Assembly (NCBI GenBank): GCA_021647745.1
Contig: JAKIUB010000014.1
Location: 1,214 to 65,213, forward strand
Direction: 5' to 3'
DNA: 64,000 nucleotides
Source of the DNA: Paracoccaceae bacterium
GTDB lineage: Bacteria > Pseudomonadota > Alphaproteobacteria > Rhodobacterales > Rhodobacteraceae
Positions 60,027 through 64,000 of this stretch are shown here, in pieces (within the stretch, counting starts at the first letter, position 1; every line of letters starts with the position of its first letter). A program made the translations under genes and the position numbers. The notes beneath the pieces were generated by a model. That model was not told where the DNA came from, ran no database searches, and saw only the letters and a list, made by a program, of their open reading frames with translations.

Positions 60027-61355
60027 CTACTGGGAACCAAGAACGGTGATACCCTTGATCAGGTCAATCGCATAGGCGAGCTGGTTATCCTGTCCTTTGA
60101 GTTTGGCGGCTGCCTCTTGCTCGGCGCGCTCGGCATCCACCTGTTTGCGCTCGTCCTCGGTGAGGGAGTCATTCTCGATCGAGCCGCGCAGGTCAGCTTC
60201 CGAGCGCCGGTCCGGCTGGTCTTCGGCTTCTGGATCCTCAGGAACAGGCGGAACATATTCGACAATAATATCCGGCTCGACACCGAGGTTCTGGATGGAG
60301 CGGCCCGAGGGGGTATAATAGCGCGCGGTGGTCAGGCGGATGGCGCCATTTCCCTGCATCGGCATGATCGTCTGGACCGACCCCTTGCCAAAACTCTTGG
60401 TGCCGACAATCACAGCCCGCCGGTGATCTTGCAGTGCGCCGGCCACAATCTCGGAGGCCGAAGCCGAACCGCCATTGATCAGCACAACCAAAGGCTTGCC
60501 CAATGTCAGGTCGCCCTCTTCAGCGCTATAGCGGCTGGAATCAAGGTCCGAGCGGCCCCGTGTCGATACGATCTCGCCCTCCTCCAGAAAGGCGTCCGAA
60601 ATACTGATCGCCTCGCTAAGCAACCCGCCAGGGTTGTTGCGCAGATCCAGCACAAAACCGTCAATGTTTTCAAGACCACCAGCGGCTTCGATTTCACGGG
60701 CGATGCCATCTGCCATATTGGGGTAGCTCTGCTCGTTAAATGTGGTCACGCGCATCACAATTGTGCTGCCTTCGGTGCGCACCCGGGCGGCGGTGAGCTT
60801 GATGATCGCGCGGGTCAAGGTTACCTCGAACGGCTCTTGGTCACGGTCCCGCACAATGGTGAGGGTAATATCGGAGCCAACAGGGCCGCGCATCATGTCT
60901 ACCGCTTCATTCAAGGTCAGGCCAAGAGTTTGCTCGCCATTAACCGCAGTAATAAAATCACCTGATTGCAGGCCGGCCTTGTCTGCCGGTGTGTCGTCCA
61001 TCGGCGAGACGATCTTCACCCAGCCCTCTTCCTGCGTCACCTCGATGCCCAACCCGCCAAATTCACCACGGGTGTCGAATTGCATTTCTTCATAGTTTCG
61101 CGGGGCGAGGTAGGATGAATGCGGGTCAAGCGAGACCAGCATTCCGTTGATCGCGGCGCGGATCAGTTCCTGATCATCAACCTCGTCCACATAGGAGGCG
61201 CGTATCCGCTCGAAAATATCGCCAAACAGGTCAAGCTGCTCGTAAGTGTTGGTTTCCGGCGCAGCTTCCTGTGCGAAACTCGGCAGTGCAAGCTGGGTAC
61301 TGGCAATCATGCCTGCCATAATGCCACCTGTGGCTGCCATCCAATATTTCTTCAT
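60027..61355 (-). CDS. ctpA: carboxy-terminal processing protease (S41 family)
   Basis: Signal peptide, PDZ segment (GGLGIEVTQEEGWVKIVSPMDDTPADKAGLQSGDFITAVNG) and S41 core (VLDLRNNPGGLL...VLINGGSASASEIVAGALQD...GTKSFGKGSVQ). Start moved to the ATG at 61353-61355. Confidence 0.93.
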   Translation of the reverse strand: MKKYWMAATGGIMAGMIASTQLALPSFAQEAAPETNTYEQLDLFGDIFERIRASYVDEVDDQELIRAAINGMLVSLDPHSSYLAPRNYEEMQFDTRGEFGGLGIEVTQEEGWVKIVSPMDDTPADKAGLQSGDFITAVNGEQTLGLTLNEAVDMMRGPVGSDITLTIVRDRDQEPFEVTLTRAIIKLTAARVRTEGSTIVMRVTTFNEQSYPNMADGIAREIEAAGGLENIDGFVLDLRNNPGGLLSEAISISDAFLEEGEIVSTRGRSDLDSSRYSAEEGDLTLGKPLVVLINGGSASASEIVAGALQDHRRAVIVGTKSFGKGSVQTIMPMQGNGAIRLTTARYYTPSGRSIQNLGVEPDIIVEYVPPVPEDPEAEDQPDRRSEADLRGSIENDSLTEDERKQVDAERAEQEAAAKLKGQDNQLAYAIDLIKGITVLGSQ

Positions 61356-61369
61356 AAGAACAATCCTGT

Positions 61370-62488
61370 CTAGTTTACAGCGAACCAAGTTAAAGGGTCC
61401 ACCGGTATTCCATTTTCCCGAATCTCTATATAGAGGCTTTCGGCGCCCTTGTCATTTTCGCCTGTCGATTCCGCAAGAAACTCGGCAGAATCCGGTATTT
61501 CCCCCCCAAGAAGCCCCAAAGCGGCGCCAGATTCAAGCACATCTCCCGTGTTCACGTAAACTTGTCCAAAACCCGCGTATATTTGCAGCTGTTCGGGGGC
61601 CGGCTCAAGGATAACAACCTGACCATATTCCAGAAGCCCTCCGGCAAACCTCACAATACCGGCCTGCGGCGCCAGTACCAGCGAAAGCGCTGGCGCAGTT
61701 AGCAAAATGCCGGGCTGCCGAATTCCTATCCCGTTAGGCTGATTATAACTGCGCACAATAGTTCCACTGACCGGCAAAGGCAATGTGCCGCGCAAGGTCA
61801 AAAGTTGCGTTTCACTAAGCGGTGCCGCGCCGGAAAGCCGGGAGCCAAGCGCCGTGGCCAGCCCGCCGAGGTCTTCGCTCGCGCGTACCAGCTGCTCAAG
61901 ATTGTCCAGCAAATTTGCGGGGTTTTCGGGTGCTGGCTGGTCCGCCCTTATAGCCGCAGCCAGCTCGCGGCGGGCCTGTTTCAGGGTTTCCAGCGCGGTG
62001 CGAATATTGGCCAATGCTTCATCGTGCAGGGCATTCAGGGCTTCAATAGTCGCCAGCTCCGCACGCAGTTTCTCCGCTTGCGCACGAAGGGTCGGGGTAA
62101 TAGCCGAGAGGATCATCGCCGCACGGGCCGAAGCCGTTGCGCCAGCCGGATGCAAAATACGAAAAGCCACCGGTGTATTTTCGAGCGCGGCAAGTGTGGC
62201 CAGCAAGTTACCCATCTCGCCACGATTTTGGGCGATGGCGTTTTGTTTTTGCTTGGCAACCATGATCGAGGCACGCAAGGCAAGGCGCAGAGAACCAAGG
62301 CCGGTTTCAAGGCTACGAATAGTGTTGGAGAGAGCCGCCACACGGTCTTCATTCGCCTCCGCAGCAGCCAGCGCTGTCGTCGCCATTCGGATATCTTCAG
62401 AGGCGGCACGCAGCGCCAGCACAGGATCGCTCTGGGCGACTGCCGGACTGGTCAACAAAACCAGTAAAAAAAACAGAAACTTCCTCAA
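61370..62488 (-). CDS. EnvC-like murein hydrolase activator (coiled coil + degenerate LytM/M23 domain)
   Basis: Signal peptide RKFLFFLLVLLTSPAVAQ, a ~230-aa A/L/E/R coiled coil and a C-terminal LytM-like domain. TTG start at 62486-62488 overlaps the gpmI stop (TTGA). No nearby ATG preserves the signal peptide. Confidence 0.8.
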   Translation of the reverse strand: MRKFLFFLLVLLTSPAVAQSDPVLALRAASEDIRMATTALAAAEANEDRVAALSNTIRSLETGLGSLRLALRASIMVAKQKQNAIAQNRGEMGNLLATLAALENTPVAFRILHPAGATASARAAMILSAITPTLRAQAEKLRAELATIEALNALHDEALANIRTALETLKQARRELAAAIRADQPAPENPANLLDNLEQLVRASEDLGGLATALGSRLSGAAPLSETQLLTLRGTLPLPVSGTIVRSYNQPNGIGIRQPGILLTAPALSLVLAPQAGIVRFAGGLLEYGQVVILEPAPEQLQIYAGFGQVYVNTGDVLESGAALGLLGGEIPDSAEFLAESTGENDKGAESLYIEIRENGIPVDPLTWFAVN

Positions 62489-64000
62489 CCCGATAACAAT
62501 GACACGCCGGTCATCTCCTCTGGCTGGGGCAAGCCCATAAGCTCTAGCAAGCTCGGCGCCAGGTCTGCCAGCCGCCCGCCCGCTCGCAATCGCCTGCCCG
62601 GCGGCCCGTTAAACAAAATAACCGGCACGGGATTGAGGGTATGGGCAGTGTGAGGCTCACCGGTAATCGGGTCTACCATGACCTCGCAATTGCCATGATC
62701 CGCCGTGAGAACCATAGTGCCACCAACAGTTTCCAGCGCAACAAGCACCTTGGCCAATCCCGCATCCACCGCCTCGCAGGCCTTGATCGCCGCGCCGAGA
62801 TCACCGGTGTGACCAACCATATCCGGATTGGCATAATTGACCACTATCAGGTCATATTTCTGGCCGGTGATCGCCTCGACAAAATGCTCCGTCACCTCGG
62901 CAGCGGACATTTCAGGCTGCATATCATAGGTTTTCACCTTGGGACTAGGGGCAACATATCGATCCTCGGCTGGTTCGGGCGCCTCCTCGCCACCGTTCAG
63001 AAAAAACGTCACATGGGGGTATTTTTCGGTCTCCGCCAGCCTGAACTGGCTGCGCCCGTGAAGCGAAACCCAGTGGCCCAATGTATTTTTTATTGGCCGG
63101 GAGGGAAACATCACCTCCATGAATTCATTGTGCAGTGTCGAATATTCGGCAATGCCGGTAAGGATGGCCAGTTTGGGGCGTGGGCCGGTTTTGCAGGCAT
63201 TAAAGCCCGGTTCTGCCAGCGCCCGCAGTATCTGCCGCGCGCGATCAGCCCGAAAATTAAGAAAGAGCAGACCGTCGCCATCTCTCATTCCGGTATAATC
63301 CCCGATCGGAGCCGGAGAGATGAACTCGTCGGTTTCGCCCATAGCATAGGCGGCCTTGATCGCCTCGTCGGCGCTGGCCGCACGCGCGCCCTTGGCCCGA
63401 ACCATCAGTTCAAACGCGGTTTGAACCCGCTCCCAGCGGTTATCCCTGTCCATCGCAAAAAAACGGCCAATCACGGTCGCGATACTGGCCCCTTCCGGCA
63501 AGGCGGCATTCAGCACTTTAATCTGCCCGAGTGCTGATTTGGGCGGCACATCCCGACCATCTAGAAAGGCATGAATAACCACCGGCACGCCGGCTGCCGC
63601 AATAACCTGAGCTGCTTTTGCAATATGATCCTGATGGGCATGCACCCCGCCCGGCGAGGCAAGACCAGCCAGATGCGCGGTGCCGCCAGAGGCCTTGAGC
63701 TTGTCGATAAAGCGGAGCAGCGCCGGATTACGGTCAAAGCTGCCATCTTTGATCGCGGTATTTATTTTGGGCAAATCCATCCAGACCACCCGCCCCGCGC
63801 CGATATTGGTGTGGCCGACCTCGGAATTGCCCATCTGCCCTTCAGGCAGGCCGACATCCTCGCCGCTAGCGACCAGCGTTGCATTCGGGTGGTTTTTCAT
63901 CAGCCCGTCAAAAGCCGGCGTATGTGCTTGGGCGACCGCGTTATTGCGTGTATCAGCCGAAAGCCCCCAGCCATCCAGAATACATAAAACAACAGGTTTC
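62485..64000 (-). CDS. gpmI: 2,3-bisphosphoglycerate-independent phosphoglycerate mutase (the start lies beyond the right edge of the window)
   Basis: ...GNSEVGHTNIGAGRVV...ADHGN... The track ORF starts at an internal Met (63900). My reverse-strand translation of 63901-64000 continues in frame as KPVVLCILDGWGLSADTRNNAVAQAHTPAFDGL, the conserved GpmI N-terminus. Confidence 0.95.
   Translation of the reverse strand, partial: KPVVLCILDGWGLSADTRNNAVAQAHTPAFDGLMKNHPNATLVASGEDVGLPEGQMGNSEVGHTNIGAGRVVWMDLPKINTAIKDGSFDRNPALLRFIDKLKASGGTAHLAGLASPGGVHAHQDHIAKAAQVIAAAGVPVVIHAFLDGRDVPPKSALGQIKVLNAALPEGASIATVIGRFFAMDRDNRWERVQTAFELMVRAKGARAASADEAIKAAYAMGETDEFISPAPIGDYTGMRDGDGLLFLNFRADRARQILRALAEPGFNACKTGPRPKLAILTGIAEYSTLHNEFMEVMFPSRPIKNTLGHWVSLHGRSQFRLAETEKYPHVTFFLNGGEEAPEPAEDRYVAPSPKVKTYDMQPEMSAAEVTEHFVEAITGQKYDLIVVNYANPDMVGHTGDLGAAIKACEAVDAGLAKVLVALETVGGTMVLTADHGNCEVMVDPITGEPHTAHTLNPVPVILFNGPPGRRLRAGGRLADLAPSLLELMGLPQPEEMTGVSLLSG

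Noticed and set aside
59703-60965. 420-aa plus-strand ORF spanning the rppH/ctpA region
   Set aside because: It is antisense to two well-supported genes and crosses their intergenic gap. Its composition is Arg/Gly/His-rich.
61785-62540. 251-aa and 220-aa plus-strand ORFs
   Set aside because: They are antisense to the coiled-coil part of the EnvC-like gene. They are Ser/Ala/Arg-rich shadow frames.

Overview
This 64-kb segment reads like core chromosome of a moderately GC-rich alphaproteobacterium. Gene content and order look Rhodobacterales-like, but that taxonomic call is inference. The supporting features are a PccR-controlled pccB/pccA/mcm propionate cluster, an F1-only atpHAGDC operon, a Hint-domain protein, DUF484-xerC, and gpmI-envC-ctpA-rppH.

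I call 58 protein-coding genes, two of them truncated by the window edges: glyS on the left and gpmI on the right. Neither truncated gene is fully represented in the ORF track. I also call three hairpin terminators, two candidate regulatory sites and three small repeats. Many ORF-track starts are over-extended (longest ORF with ATG/GTG/TTG), so I re-set them where a conserved N-terminus, a Shine-Dalgarno sequence or a stop/start overlap supports it. I could not recognise any rRNA, tRNA, CRISPR array, IS/transposase or prophage genes by eye.

Best candidate for something undescribed: an orphan MotA/MotB-type ion-channel pair at 43142-46249. Its MotB-like subunit carries a roughly 420-aa coiled-coil spacer, and no flagellar, Tol, TonB or Zorya partner genes lie in the window.

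Other points worth a second look:
- A Hint (bacterial intein-like) domain protein behind an AT-rich intergenic region.
- Palindromic TTTGCRAA octamer pairs in the pccB/pccR divergent region.
- A terminator-like hairpin 16 nt upstream of pccA.
- A five-gene translationally coupled MoxR-DUF58-BatA/DUF4159-membrane-Ogt chain, with a 30-bp in-frame tandem repeat in the DUF58 gene.
- An isolated kpsS / export protein / kpsC capsule trio.
- A beta-helix-repeat membrane protein plus an unknown gene downstream of ruvB.
- A membrane-fused LytTR protein.
- A LysM-SBP fusion.

All homology statements come from reading the translated sequences. No database search was run.
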